Positions 22,615 to 34,470 are shown, counted from the first letter of the stretch. The stretch is DNA of 41,006 nucleotides from Octopus bimaculoides (GCF_001194135.2 NC_068984.1:98678123-98719128), one strand, 5' to 3'. Notes: generated by a model not told the origin, from the sequence alone. Made by a program: numbers and translations.

Positions 22615-23083
22615 AGAGTAAAGTCTATTTGCCATTGTAAAATGGCAGTCCTGATTAGGACAGTGTTACTACCTTTTTTAGCTCCAGGAAAACATCTTGC
22701 TGGCTATTAATGCACAACTGCCTCCTTATACCTCGAATAAGGGGGCTAATGTCCCAAATCAGCCTTAAATGGTACCTGCAGACCAATGGTTATGAGGTCA
22801 GTGACTGTGTGTCACTTTAAAAGTATATACCTCGAACAAGGTCTAGTGCCGCTATCTCTAGCCAACGGTTATCCTGTGCTGATGAAGGAAAACAACCCAG
22901 AAACCATTGGTCTGCAGGTACTGTTTAAGGCTGAATGGGGACATCGACTCCCTTGTTCGAGGTATAAGGACACAGTTGCACGTCAATAGCCAGCTGGCAA
23001 AGATGTTTTCCTGAGACTAAAAAAGACAGTAACACCATTCTAATCAGGACTGTTACTTTACATTGGCAAATAGACTGTACTCT
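22615..23083. mobile_element. Fold-back element, ~180-bp diverged inverted arms, HHR core in the spacer
   Basis: AGAGTAAAGTCTATTTGCC ... GGCAAATAGACTGTACTCT. Arms 22615-22791 and 22902-23083. Confidence 0.85.
22873..22918 (+). ncRNA. Hammerhead ribozyme motif
   Basis: CCUGUG-CUGAUGA-AGG(AAAACAA)CCCA-GAA-ACC(AUU)GGU-C-UGCAGG. 6-bp stem I (2 wobbles), GUC triplet, stem III ACC/GGU, weak stem II. Confidence 0.65.
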
Positions 23084-23169
23084 CTCTTTCAATGTATATA
23101 TTTATATATAAATGTCAAACGACAAGAATGAGTGCTCAACACCACATTGATGGGTAAAATTTCTTTATT

Positions 23170-23375
23170 TGTGTATTAAGGCTACCATTGGTTTTATATT
23201 AAGAAAACTGTCTTAATATCTTGAGAATTTAAAAATTTCTTGCATGAACAATTTTTGGGGAGGAAAACACCATAATGGAGATGAACACCATTCCTCCATG
23301 TGATTGGCTTGATAAAATTGTTATGATATTAAGATATTTTTCTTAATATGAAACCAATGGCAGCCTTAATACACA
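23170..23375. mobile_element. MITE with ~51-bp terminal inverted repeats
   Basis: TGTGTATTAAGGCTACCATTGGTTTTATATTAAGAAAA... versus ...TTTTCTTAATATGAAACCAATGGCAGCCTTAATACACA. Confidence 0.85.
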
Positions 23376-23377
23376 CA

Positions 23378-23442
<65 letters not shown>

Positions 23443-23458
23443 ACATTATACATATATA

Positions 23459-23710
23459 TATTGGGTTGTCCAGGAAGTTCATGCCGATTTTTAAAGGAAA
23501 GAAAAGGGTCAATAAATACTTGCCATTACATTTTTAATCAACCAAATATGAACCATTTTGTTGCACAATGCATCTCCATCTTTCCTTTAACTTGAAAATA
23601 CCCTCTTCCCAGAAATGAACTGGTTTCATGGCAAATAAGTCGAAAGGTATATATATATATATATATATAATTTTTCAAGTTACAAAAAACTTCTGAGCCA
23701 AACTATATAG
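23459..23710 (-). mobile_element. mariner remnant (transposase C-terminus + TIR)
   Basis: Minus strand FWEEGIFKLKERWRCIVQQNGSYLVD*, followed by a TIR reading TATTGGGTTGTCCAGGAAGTTC on +. Confidence 0.8.
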
Positions 23711-23756
23711 TGCACCATTACATCCATAATTTATCCTACAATTCCTGAGAACTAAC

Positions 23757-23837
23757 TTATGGTAGGTGACAGTAATAAATTTGATCACTATAACATGTCC
23801 TGCTGAGAGCCACATTGTAATCTCTCCTGTTGCAGAC
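23757..23837 (-). CDS. Candidate internal exon of an unidentified host gene
   Basis: Strong acceptor ttttatcctatgtttctcctttcag|, donor AA|gttagt. 81 nt with a single open frame SATGEITMWLSAGHVIVIKFITVTYH. Confidence 0.3.
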   Translation of the reverse strand, partial: VCNRRDYNVALSRTCYSDQIYYCHLP

Positions 23838-24042
23838 CTGAAAGGAGAAACATAGGATAAAATTTCTGAAGAAAACCTCAAGGCATTTTCTTAGTTGCTA
23901 CTGTTTGGACAGTGAATATCTGGAGACTGTAAGAAGAGCATTATCCCTGTGCAGTCTAAACCCTAGATTCAGGAAACCCCTATCAGTATCATGAGTTATA
24001 TATATGTTCACATACACACATGCATACATACGCATATACATT

Positions 24043-24262
24043 TTTCATCTTTTACTTGCTTCAGTCACTTGACTGCAGCCATGCTGGAGCACTACCTTAA
24101 AGGGTTTTGGTTGAACAAACCGACCCCAGGAATTACTTTTTAAATCTTGGTACTCAGTCTATCTGTTACTTTTGCTGAACTTCTAAGATACGGGGACATA
24201 AACACACCAACAACAGTTGTCAAGTAGTGGTGAGAGACAAACACAGACACAAAGACACACAC
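24043..24262 (-). mobile_element. 3' half of composite SINE family B
   Basis: Reverse complement of 35090-35291 (TGCTCCAGCATGGCTGCAGTCAA...TGAA). Confidence 0.85.
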
Positions 24263-24278
24263 ATAAATATGTATGTCA

Positions 24279-24319
<41 letters not shown>

Positions 24320-25017
24320 CCAAAACTAGACACAAGACGTCCACCCGAAAGGGAACACGTGTAGAGTTCTACAAATTACATTCAGTGTATCCTTTCAAAT
24401 GTCTTCAATCTGGCGTGCTAAGTCCGGAAATAATTCTGTAGTTAATAAATTTTTGCAGCTAATTTACTGGTTTGAGAACATCATTATTTAAAATTTATTA
24501 ATGAGGGTAGAAATTGATATTAATCAATTAAAACCAGTGGTCTAACATATTAAAAAAAATCCGAAGATTAAAATTATNNNNNNNNNNNNNNNNNNNNNNN
24601 NNNNNNNNNNNNNNNNNNNNNNNNNNNNNNNNNNNNNNNNNNNNNNNNNNNNNNNNNNNNNNNNNNNNNNNNNNNNNNNNNNNNNNNNNNNNNNNNNNNN
24701 NNNNNNNNNNNNNNNNNNNNNNNNNNNNNNNNNNNNNNNNNNNNNNNNNNNNNNNNNNNNNNNNNNNNNNNNNNNNNNNNNNNNNNNNNNNNNNNNNNNN
24801 NNNNNNNNNNNNNNNNNNNNNNNNNNNNNNNNNNNNNNNNNNNNNNNNNNNNNNNNNNNNNNNNNNNNNNNNNNNNNNNNNNNNNNNNNNNNNNNNNNNN
24901 NNNNNNNNNNNNNNNNNNNNNNNNNNNNNNNNNNNCACCTGTGGTTAGATGATTCGGCATCTATTTCTAGCATATAGGAGTCCACTTTTGCTGGTCATTC
25001 CTCTTATTTTTGTATGT

Positions 25018-25067
<50 letters not shown>

Positions 25068-25069
25068 AT

Positions 25070-25225
25070 GGGCTTCTTTCAGTTTCTGTCTACAAAATCC
25101 ACTCACAAGGCTTTGGTTGGTCTGAGTCCATAGTTGAAGACACTTGCCCAAGGTGCCACAGTTTGACTGAACCCTGAACCATGTGGTTGAGAAGCAAGAT
25201 TCTTACCACAGAGCCACACCTGCAC
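25070..25225 (-). mobile_element. tRNA-derived SINE family B (5' half)
   Basis: Reverse complement of the 34860 head. Confidence 0.9.
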
Positions 25226-25829
25226 TTATATGTATGTGATGGGAATAAATATCTAGATACGAATATATTAATAGATAATGGCATTGTCTACTTAGTCACC
25301 ATAATGAATACAATAGAATATATACATACATGATTTATTGGTCTTAACTTCAACCACACACATAGCACTAGTCCTATTCTCTTTTTTTTTCAATAATATT
25401 TATTATAGATGTTTAAGGTATACATACAAACATACATACATACAGACATGCACGCATATAGATACATATAGCATTTAATGTACACAGTATAAAAGTACAA
25501 GCTACTAATAGGTTTTTGCTGTGAAGACACGTGTCTAGATAGGTTTTATAACACACCTTGTATCTCCAAACAATCTTCAGGCTCTGAGTATATGGTCTGT
25601 TCTATTAAAAAAATCAGGACACTGGTACGCAAGAAATTACAAGAAAAAATGAGAAGGTTGATAGAAAATGGTGAGTAAAAGTAGGAAAAGGAAGGAAAGA
25701 AAATTAGTGTTACATTCCTTTTGACTGTAGAAGTCATAATTAAACTAGTTGTTGTAGAATAATTCAATGGAGTGGGGTCCAAAGTCTGCAAGACAACTGC
25801 TCAATCTGGAGAGGGTGATGTCCTCCAGT

Positions 25830-26345
25830 TCGCAAGAAAGCAATTTGTTCACATGCTTGCATTTGCTGAAAATTTTGGATCTGGAATTAAGTTGTGCAGT
25901 GGAATTCTTATATTCAAAAGGAATATGTGATCTACACACGTAGATCCATTTAAACATGCCATGGATTTCTCTATGATTCTCTACTTGACTGTATGTGGTG
26001 TGCAGTTGGTCTTCAAACCCCATAAGTCATTAACCAACTTAGTAGCTTTACTTTTGTCTATATGCCAGAAAGAAGATTGATGGTTTGCATAATGACTTTT
26101 GAAATTGTCTTCGCATAAACTGATGTAATTTGTCTTTTGAGTTAGGTTATCTTGAAGTGTTGCTGGCACTTCTGCCTCACAGACAATGGAGTTTATCATT
26201 CATGCCTAGTCAAATGGGCGAGCTTCAAAGTCTCAATATTTACAACTGAGAGTTGACTTTTGGCGATGCTTATGAGTGATAATGTTCTTCATATTGGGGC
26301 AGCAACTGTATGATAGTTTAACCAAGTTTCTATTAAAAATCTTCC
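25830..26345 (-). mobile_element. Penelope-like endonuclease/C-terminal fragment
   Basis: NLVKLSYSCCPNMKNIITH...SIVCEAEV...YISLCEDNFKSHYANHQSSF...LWGLK...LNSRSKIFSKCKHVNKLL. Frameshifts and stops. Confidence 0.8.
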
Positions 26346-26613
26346 TGCAGTTATGGTTTAATGAGAAATGCTAAAAGAGACAAAATTTCTTACTGATGTT
26401 AGTTTTAACATTTAGATTAGCATTTTCCATGGAAAACTGAATGCAAGATAATAATGATGATGATGAGGTAGAGGAGGAGGAATAGAATGCTTGTAATGAT
26501 GATATATATATATATATATACAAGTACACAATTGACTATTTGTATATTAAGATATATAAATGTACATACATATGTATATTAATGTTTATACATATATATT
26601 AATATGAATATGT

Positions 26614-26647
<34 letters not shown>

Positions 26648-27044
26648 CAATACATATATACATATGTGTGTACATATGTATTATATTTATTTTATAGTAC
26701 AGACTATATTTGCTTTGACCCCTGTATATTGCAATACACACAATATATGACTATAAAATATACAATAAATGCATAAAATAAAGTTGTAAAACTTGTAAAA
26801 CAAACAATGTTAAAAGGCACTTTACATCCAATTTTCCATGCTTGCATGGCTAGATAGTTCAATGGTTGGAACAATTGCCTTCACAATTGGACGGATACCA
26901 TTGCCTTCCGCAAATCATTCAGCTGTTATGTACGAACTGGAGCCTGTCATTTATTCAGTCAGGCAATATGGAGTAAGCAGAGTTATGTGCCTTGATCACA
27001 GGTGCAATACCATAGGAGCAGCAGTAGGAAGTGAACCTTTACTG

Positions 27045-27105
27045 CACACACACACACACACAAATACATACATGCACACAAACACACAATATAAGTGTAT
27101 ATATA

Positions 27106-27160
<55 letters not shown>

Positions 27161-27643
27161 ATATATGTGTATATATATATGTGTGTGTGTGTGTATATAT
27201 ATACACACACACATGCACACAAACTCACATGTGTATGTGTATCCCAAGTTGCCCAGGTAAAGCTCAAACTAAGAGATTAACAAGATTAATGTCAGTTAAT
27301 AATTCAATTTATCCTCACCATTTAATGTTTTCATACTGTTTTGGTCTTTAAACATTCCTTTTGATCTATTTCAGAACTTTTAAATATTTTGCAAATCATG
27401 TAGAAAATACTTTAAAGATTTTACTTGAATTATTAATGGAAATATCTTTATGTACATATGTATATGTGTGTATGCGTATGTGTATGTGGGCGTTTGTAAA
27501 TATTCAAACATACATGTGTACAAACATGCACATGCACACATATTTTCATTATATATATGTATATCTGTGTGTGTATGTATATATACATACACAAACATAT
27601 TTATAAATATATATTTATGCATACACACACACACACACATATA

Positions 27644-27705
<62 letters not shown>

Positions 27706-27790
27706 TATATTATTTACACATATGTACACAAACATCAGTACATATACCTTCATACACTCACATATGTATTTGTGTGTATACTATACAAAT
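27045..27790. repeat. Clusters of (CA)/(TA)/(TG) microsatellites
   Basis: Direct reading. Confidence 0.9.
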
Positions 27791-28399
27791 TTAGAATCTG
27801 TGCCTACCTTAAATATGGTGAAAATAGTTTATTGTTGTGTAAAAATGGTATGATTATTATACTTTTAAACACAACTCCTTCTGCCTAAAGTCTCTTCCAG
27901 TAAATTTCTGGGTCCTAGAACCCCAAATACAGAAGAATGTTGTCACTGATTTTTATCATCAAAGTCAAGTATTTTCCAAATTCACAAAGAAAATAAGAAG
28001 AAGAGAGAAAATTGAAAAAGATGGAGTGAAATATATAGAAATGATTAAACTAGACAAAGTTAAATGTTGATACATATTGAGAGAGACAATAAGAGAGAAA
28101 GAGGATTTGGGAAAAAGGGAAAAAACCCAGACGGAAATGGATGAGAAATGAAAAAGAACCTGAAGGTTAATAGAATAAAATGAAAGCATATATGTTTGTA
28201 TGCGTGTGTGTATGCGTGTATGTGTGTGTTTTTGTGTATGTTTGTGTTTTTGTGTATGTGTGTATGTGTGTGTTTTTGCTTGTTTGAGTTTGTGTCATAG
28301 ATACATATCAAACACACCTTCAAACAAATACACAAGCATACACTCACAAACACTCATGCATACACATGAATGCACATACACATAGTAACATGTACTTCC

Positions 28400-28618
28400 A
28401 CAGACATTGCTCCAGTTCATTCAATTGGCAAAAACGAGCTGTACCTGTGTTTCAAAGAGCTACCCTTGTTACATCTGTGTCATCCTGAATCTCCCTGAAA
28501 ACTACATTAAGGAATAGTGTGGAGTACTCAGCCACTTGCACATTAATCTCACAAGCAGGCTGTTCCATTGATCAGATCAGCTGGAACATTCATTACCATT
28601 ACTGATTGAGTGCCAGTT
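28400..28618 (+). mobile_element. SINE-like repeat fragment (third family)
   Basis: GAAAACTACATTAAGG...CAGCCACTTGCACATTAATCTCACAAGCAGGCTGTTCCATTGATCAGATCAGCTGGAAC recognised from memory as a recurrent cephalopod repeat. Single copy here. Confidence 0.4.
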
Positions 28619-29085
28619 ATATACATGTGTGTGTGTGTGTGTGAGCATGTGTATGTGTGTAATATATATATGTGCATATACTTATATTCGTGAATGTGTG
28701 TGTGTGTATGTATGTATGTACGTACGTATATATGTATGTATTCTTATATAGATATGCTAGATTATTTTTTTTGTGAAAATGTAAAGGTCAGTTTGATGTT
28801 CAATTTATTTTTGTTCTATCCCAGTTGCATGTTTTTTATGTTTTTTTATGACTTTATTTAATGGTCTTTTATTATTGGTGTATAACATTTTATTTGATTC
28901 ATGTACTTATTTTTATATCATATTTTATTTCTTTTTACTTTTGATTCTTTGTATAAGTTATGTTATTGTTTATGTGAGATGTTCCTCATTGTTTCTCAGT
29001 TCCTAGTGTAGACATGTAGCACACTGCAACTACCAAAACGTATTGTTATAGAAATAAGCGAAAAAGCTAATAAAAAACGATGTAC

Positions 29086-29156
29086 CATTTGACAAGTCAC
29101 TTGAGGAGACACATCTGCATTTATGATACACCGCAATTGTTTGTACAGTATCTCAC
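29086..29156 (-). CDS. Candidate internal exon of an unidentified host gene
   Basis: Acceptor cattttgacctcacag|, donor ATG|gtacat. (G)EILYKQLRCIINADVSPQVTCQM. Confidence 0.25.
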
Positions 29157-29263
29157 CTGTGAGGTCAAAATGATCACAGTGAATAAAGAGTCTCATGAAT
29201 TCCATTATCTTTCTCTCATGTACAATATTTACACACACACACACACAAACATTATCCCAAAAT

Positions 29264-29509
29264 TATAGTATTAAATATCCATCACAGCTGATCTTATCAA
29301 TCAGTTTCACATAAAGAATACAATGGAGTGTTAGGTAACAATTTGATTATATAACTTTATACTCATCAGAGTTAGCTAATATTCCCTTCCATATTGGCTA
29401 ACTTTGATGAGTGTAAAGTTATATAATCAGATTCTTACCTAACATTCCATTGTATCCTTTATGTGAAACCGATTGGTAACATCAGCCGTGATGGATATTT
29501 AATACTATA
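29264..29509. repeat. Near-perfect palindrome, ~119-bp arms, 8-nt loop
   Basis: TATAGTATTAAATATCCATCACAGCTG...GCTAATAT-TCCCTTCC-ATATTGGC...GATGGATATTTAATACTATA. Confidence 0.95.
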
Positions 29510-29624
29510 CTTTTTGGACAATATACCAACTCTACTAACAGATATATGAGTGCATCTTTTACCTGATTTATGGTCTCTTAGATATATAGATATATAGATA
29601 TATAGAGATAAATATAGATAGATA

Positions 29625-29786
29625 GGTACAGGTATGGCAGTCTGATAAGAAGCTTGCTTCCCAACTACATGGTTTCCATTTCAGTCCTACTGTGTGGCAC
29701 CTTGGGTAAGTGCCTTCTACTGTAGCCTCAGGCTGACCAAAGCATTGTGAGTGAATTTGGTAGATGGAAACTGAAAGAAGCCTGTC
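29625..29786 (+). mobile_element. tRNA-derived SINE family B (5' half), diverged
   Basis: Matches the 34860 head through GGAAACTGAAAGAAGCC. Confidence 0.85.
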
Positions 29787-29799
29787 ATATCTAGTTTAT

Positions 29800-30000
29800 A
29801 TAATCACAGTATGCTTGTGTATAATGACTAATGCATACATTTCCACAATTCTCAACCGATTTTCACCAAACTTTACACACACATTACTTATGTCCCAAGA
29901 ATGGTCATGCACTAAACATTTTTTCCCAGAGCTCCCACGTAAATGGACCTAAATGGACATAGTGCTCTTGAATGTAGGGTCTTTCATACTTTTTTAATAT
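29800..30000 (+). mobile_element. Repeat duplicated at 32030-32188, Helitron-like body
   Basis: GTATAATGACTAATGCATACATTTCCACAATTCTCAA is identical in both. TCAACCGATTTTCACCAAACTT resembles non-autonomous Helitron 5' regions. Confidence 0.6.
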
Positions 30001-30185
30001 TTTTATAAAAGTGAAAGAATTTTGTCTATTTATTTTAACTGTCTACCTGCCATGGCGATTAAATTGACTAGGAACACTGTACACAATGAATATCCAATAC
30101 CAAAAAATCTTAATCTCCATATTTAAACTGCATTAAACTTTGGCAAGCTTACCTTTACCTTTTCTAAGTTACTTGAAAGATGATG

Positions 30186-30237
30186 TTCCCTTTCTTCTAT
30201 TTGTTGATACCTTCCCTTTCTTCTATTTGTTGATACC
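30186..30237. repeat. Perfect 26-bp tandem duplication
   Basis: TTCCCTTTCTTCTATTTGTTGATACC x2. Confidence 0.95.
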
Positions 30238-30854
30238 TTTGTTGACCTACCAATGCATTGTTTCACTTTAAGGATGCTTATTTACCCATCCATTATGATA
30301 TTTTAACTGTTGTCCATTGTTTCAAATACGTTTAGGCATTGTTGTTCAAGCCTTTTTTTTAAACAATCACATATGATTCGTCCCAAAGAATCAACCTTTA
30401 AATAAGAATTTTGCTTCTACTAGTGAAAGCTATACATATCTTTCAGAAGCTTCATACCAATTTAACTTTATGCAGCATTCACTCTTAGTTTATGTGCAGG
30501 CTATGTGGGAAGGCAGAATAAAGGGACTTTTGTTAGCTTATCTTTCTGAAAAAATAGTTCCTTTAGCTGTTGAAAAAAATAAACTTGCAGAGGAGAAGTT
30601 TTAACATCTTCCTTCAATTTCATTACACTATTTATATGGCTGTTTTTGACAAGAAATTTCCCTTTCATATAAAACAACTATATTTTGTTGTCATTATCTG
30701 TAATCTACTTTCAAAACACTTCAGTAGCTCTACTTTGCAAAGCTTGCAAACTTATATGTTCAATGATCATTAAAGTACAATGACCTCCACAATAGCCAGT
30801 CTTCAATTTGATTTTCTGTTCCTATGTATGTATATCTATGTAAATATATGTCTG

Positions 30855-30909
<55 letters not shown>

Positions 30910-31160
30910 TCTGAACAAGACTGTCTGACGAACAGGAATGTGAAACTCTGAGTAACAGTTTTTGTGATATATTTTTTACTGCTTTTCAATAAAGCAGAGG
31001 TTTACTCTACCTTTGGTGTTCAAGTATTATTTTTTCCACCTTGTTTCACATTTGTGCTAACTCTAGTATGTATGTATGTATGTATGCATGCATGCATGTA
31101 TGTATGTATGCATGCATGCATGCATGTATGTATGTATATGCATGTATGTATGCATGTGTG

Positions 31161-31195
<35 letters not shown>

Positions 31196-31312
31196 GTAAA
31201 AATATATGACACTTATTCGGTAGCCATGATAAAACTATTGAGATCACTTTCTTTCTTTTGTTGTCCTTTCTATCAATATGTATATGCGTGTGTGTGTGTA
31301 TAATAATAAAAG

Positions 31313-31388
31313 GGTAAAATTAATTAATTAATTAATCAATTAATTAATTAATTAATTAATAATTAATAATTTTACCAAGTCGTCAGTA
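31313..31388 (-). other. Decayed HHR-like motif with (ATTA)n-expanded stem II
   Basis: Minus strand GUA-CUGACGA-CUU-GGUAAAAUU...(AUUA)n...AAUUUUACC. The GAAA half is missing. Confidence 0.4.
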
Positions 31389-31413
31389 CGTTAAAAATAA
31401 CCATTTTAGGTAA

Positions 31414-31831
31414 ATTTATACAAATATTCTATAATTATATACATAATTACAATCAGGGTTCAGCTAATTACTTCACCATACACTGATTTAGAAATAGGAG
31501 CTAAATGCCTATTCTACTACCATAAAAGATCTCCGAGACAGTAGACACACTTTTTTACATAGGCAAAAAGAAAAAATAATGAATCCACACGACTCAGATT
31601 TGCTACATACATGTTTTGAGATTGAAGTAAAGTTATATTTACTAATCTGAGTCGTGTGGATTCATTATTTTTTTCTTTTTGCCTACGTAAAAAAGTGTGT
31701 TTACTGTCTCAGAGATTTTTTATGGTAGTAGAAAAGGCATTTAGCTCCTATTTCTTAATCAGTGCTTGGCGAAGTAATTAGCTGATCCGTGATTATAAAT
31801 ATGTATATAATTATAGAATATTTGTATAAAT
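31414..31831. mobile_element. Fold-back element, ~187-bp arms, ~43-bp spacer
   Basis: ATTTATACAAATATTCTATAATTATATAC...GACTCAGATT (31414-31600) versus AATCTGAGTC...TTTGTATAAAT (31644-31831). Confidence 0.95.
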
Positions 31832-32029
31832 GTATATATGTATATATATATATAAATGTATATATATGCATGTATATATATATCTATATATAAATGTATA
31901 TATATATGCATGTATATATATATCTATATAAGAATGTATATATATACATATATATAAATGTATATATATATGTGTATATATATATGTGTGTGTGTGTATG
32001 CATATGTATGTATATATATATATCAATCA

Positions 32030-32188
32030 GAGTATGTATGTGTATAATGACTAATGCATACATTTCCACAATTCTCAATTGATTTTCTCCAAATTTTACA
32101 CACGTGTTTATGTCCCAAGGATGATCTTGTGCAAATGGATGTGAATGGACAGTTTTTTTTGTATGTAGGGTCTTCCATACATTTTTAA
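32030..32188 (+). mobile_element. Second copy of the 29800-30000 repeat
   Basis: Direct alignment with an internal deletion. Confidence 0.7.
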
Positions 32189-32549
32189 TCTATCTATGTA
32201 TGTATAAAATCCTTTGTATTTCTGTCTGTTCCCAATGCATTTTCAAATGGCTAAACCAAATCAAATCGAATTTTACATGGTAATAGTATGAGACTGCAGG
32301 AGTGTCAACAAAAAATTTGGGGGCATCAAAACAATGCAACATTGGCTTTAGTTCTGTATTACATCTCAAAACTCAAAGAATAAAAGTGAAACCTTTGAGA
32401 GAATAAGTCATAAATAGTTCACTTTTAATAGTTTTTCTTGTATTCTCTCACTTTAATGCTTTCACTATGTATACATATACATGTATACATATATATACAT
32501 ATATACATATGTATATATATATATGTTTATATATGTGTATATATATATA

Positions 32550-32594
<45 letters not shown>

Positions 32595-34098
32595 CTTATC
32601 TATTCATATGTAAGACCATTATTTCGAGCATTGAATGTGAAAGAGGAGGTCTTTTCTTTCTGGATGCTCCAGTTGGAACTGGCAAGACATTTGTCAGCAA
32701 CTTTCTTCTGGCTAAACTGTGCCAAATGAAACACATTGCCATAGCAGTGGTGTCAATTGGAATAGCTGCGACTCTGCTAAATGGTGGCCACACAGCTCAT
32801 TCCTGTTTTAAACTCCCTTTGGACCTGTCCAAGAGAGGGAAGGAAAACTGCAGCATCAGTTGTGGTTCTATAAAAGACAAACTTCTGGGTGAATGTAAGG
32901 TTGATCATCCCAGATGAGGTAACGAGCCATAAGGTTTCCTTTGAAACTCTTGACATGGTCTGACAGGATTTGAGACACAACACCAGGCTCATGGGAGGTG
33001 CCACAGTCTTGTTTTCAGGATACTTTAGACAAATCCTTCCTGTAGTTTCAAAGGGGACAAGAGCTGATGAGGTAAATGCCAGCATCAAGTTGTCCTACCT
33101 ATGGAGCAGTGTACAAAAGCTGGGACTCAGAACCAATATGAGAGTGCAGCTCAGTGGTGATGATGCGGACAGAACCTTTTCAAAGCTGTGCCAAATGTTG
33201 GACATCGGTAATGGCACTTCGGTTGGCGAGAAGGATGGCTGGGTAAGTTTGCCTTTTGGACATATGGTATCTGATTTAAAGGAACTAACGAATAAGGTGT
33301 TTCCTAACCTGAGGAATCAGCTTACAAACCACAACTGGTTGAAAACCCATGCTATTTTAACCCCAAAGAATGTGGCAGTTAATGGTTTGAACATCAAACT
33401 TCTGGAACAGTTACCAGGTGAGCGTCACATGTACAATTCCGATGAAGCTGTGAATTATCCAGTTGAATTCTTGAATAGTCTAACACCACCTGACCTCCCA
33501 CCTCACAACTTCCACCTCAAGATTTGGTCACCAATTATGCTGCTTCGAAACCTCAATCCATCAAAACTTTGAAATGGTACATGACTTATAATAAAGAAGA
33601 TGGTGCCAACAGTCTTGGAGACAACAATTTTGACTGCTAGAACAAGCAGTGAGCTTGTATTCATTCCTAGAATTCCACTTATTCCCTTGGATATACCTTC
33701 CCAGTACAAGCACCTGCAATTCCCATTGAAACTGAGCCTTGCAATGAGCATTAACAAGACCTAGGAGCAGTCCTTGAATGTGGTAGGTCTGAACCTTGTG
33801 GAACCAGTTTTTTCACATGGTCAACTTTATGTGTCGGCAATCTTAATCATTTGTTTATTTATGCCCCACAAGGGAAGACCAAAAATGCTGTTTATCAAGA
33901 AGCTCTGCAAACTTAATAAAAATTCACCAAAACATAAGATATTTATTATTTAACTGTAATATTTGTAAGTGTTGCAAATATATTGATAATCTACATGTTA
34001 CTTTATTTTAAAATCTATATGTAAATTTATCTGTATATCTACTGTAAAACTAAATGTCAGTCTGTTTCTACATTCATTGTAAATCTATTTCAACACTA
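32189..34098 (+). mobile_element. Helitron, deleted derivative (putative 5' TC end, helicase, uncertain 3' end)
   Basis: A|TCTATCTATG start and a Helitron-like leader (ATGGCTAAACCAAATCAAATCGAATTT), followed by a PIF1-like helicase. CTAG at ~34095 lacks a clear hairpin. Confidence 0.55.
32612..33916 (+). pseudogene. Helitron PIF1-family (SF1B) helicase domain, disrupted
   Basis: FLDAPVGTGKTF, AATLLNGGHTAHSCFKLP, GGATVLFSGYFRQILPVV, AILTPKN, YPVEFLNSL, IMLLRNLNP, SINKT*EQSL, VFSHGQLYV, KNAVYQEAL*. Walker A G>V, Walker B frameshifted, several stops. Confidence 0.95.
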
Positions 34099-34116
34099 GC
34101 GCCCATAAGGGTTTTA

Positions 34117-34470
34117 TGTTCTGGGAATGCACAAAAGCCCTTTTCAGAGTTATTTACTTTGAATTGCTATTATCTCATATCCGATTAGCTTGTTATTACG
34201 TATCATGCTTCACGATTTTAGCATACATACCTTATTAGTATTTGCTCCTAAGTTCTATATACTCTAGGAATGCATTAAAGCCCTTTTTGGGGATACTTTA
34301 TTTGAATTCTTACTATCGAGTAACTAATTTCATGTTATTAAGTAACTGACTTCACAATTAGGATACTCATAACTTATTGGGATTTCCTAAAAACAAGATC
34401 GTATGTAAGACAGTTCAGTATTCTCTGGAAATGCACAAAAACTGTTTTAAGGGCTACATACTTTGTATTG
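34117..34470. repeat. Three degenerate ~145-160-bp direct repeats
   Basis: GGGAATGCACAAAAGCCCTTTT / AGGAATGCATTAAAGCCCTTTT / GGAAATGCACAAAAACTGTTTT, each followed by TACTTTxxATTG-like sequence. Confidence 0.65.

Noticed and set aside
34117-34470. CRISPR-like repeat array
   Set aside because: The repeats are long, degenerate and contiguous, in a eukaryotic context with no cas genes.
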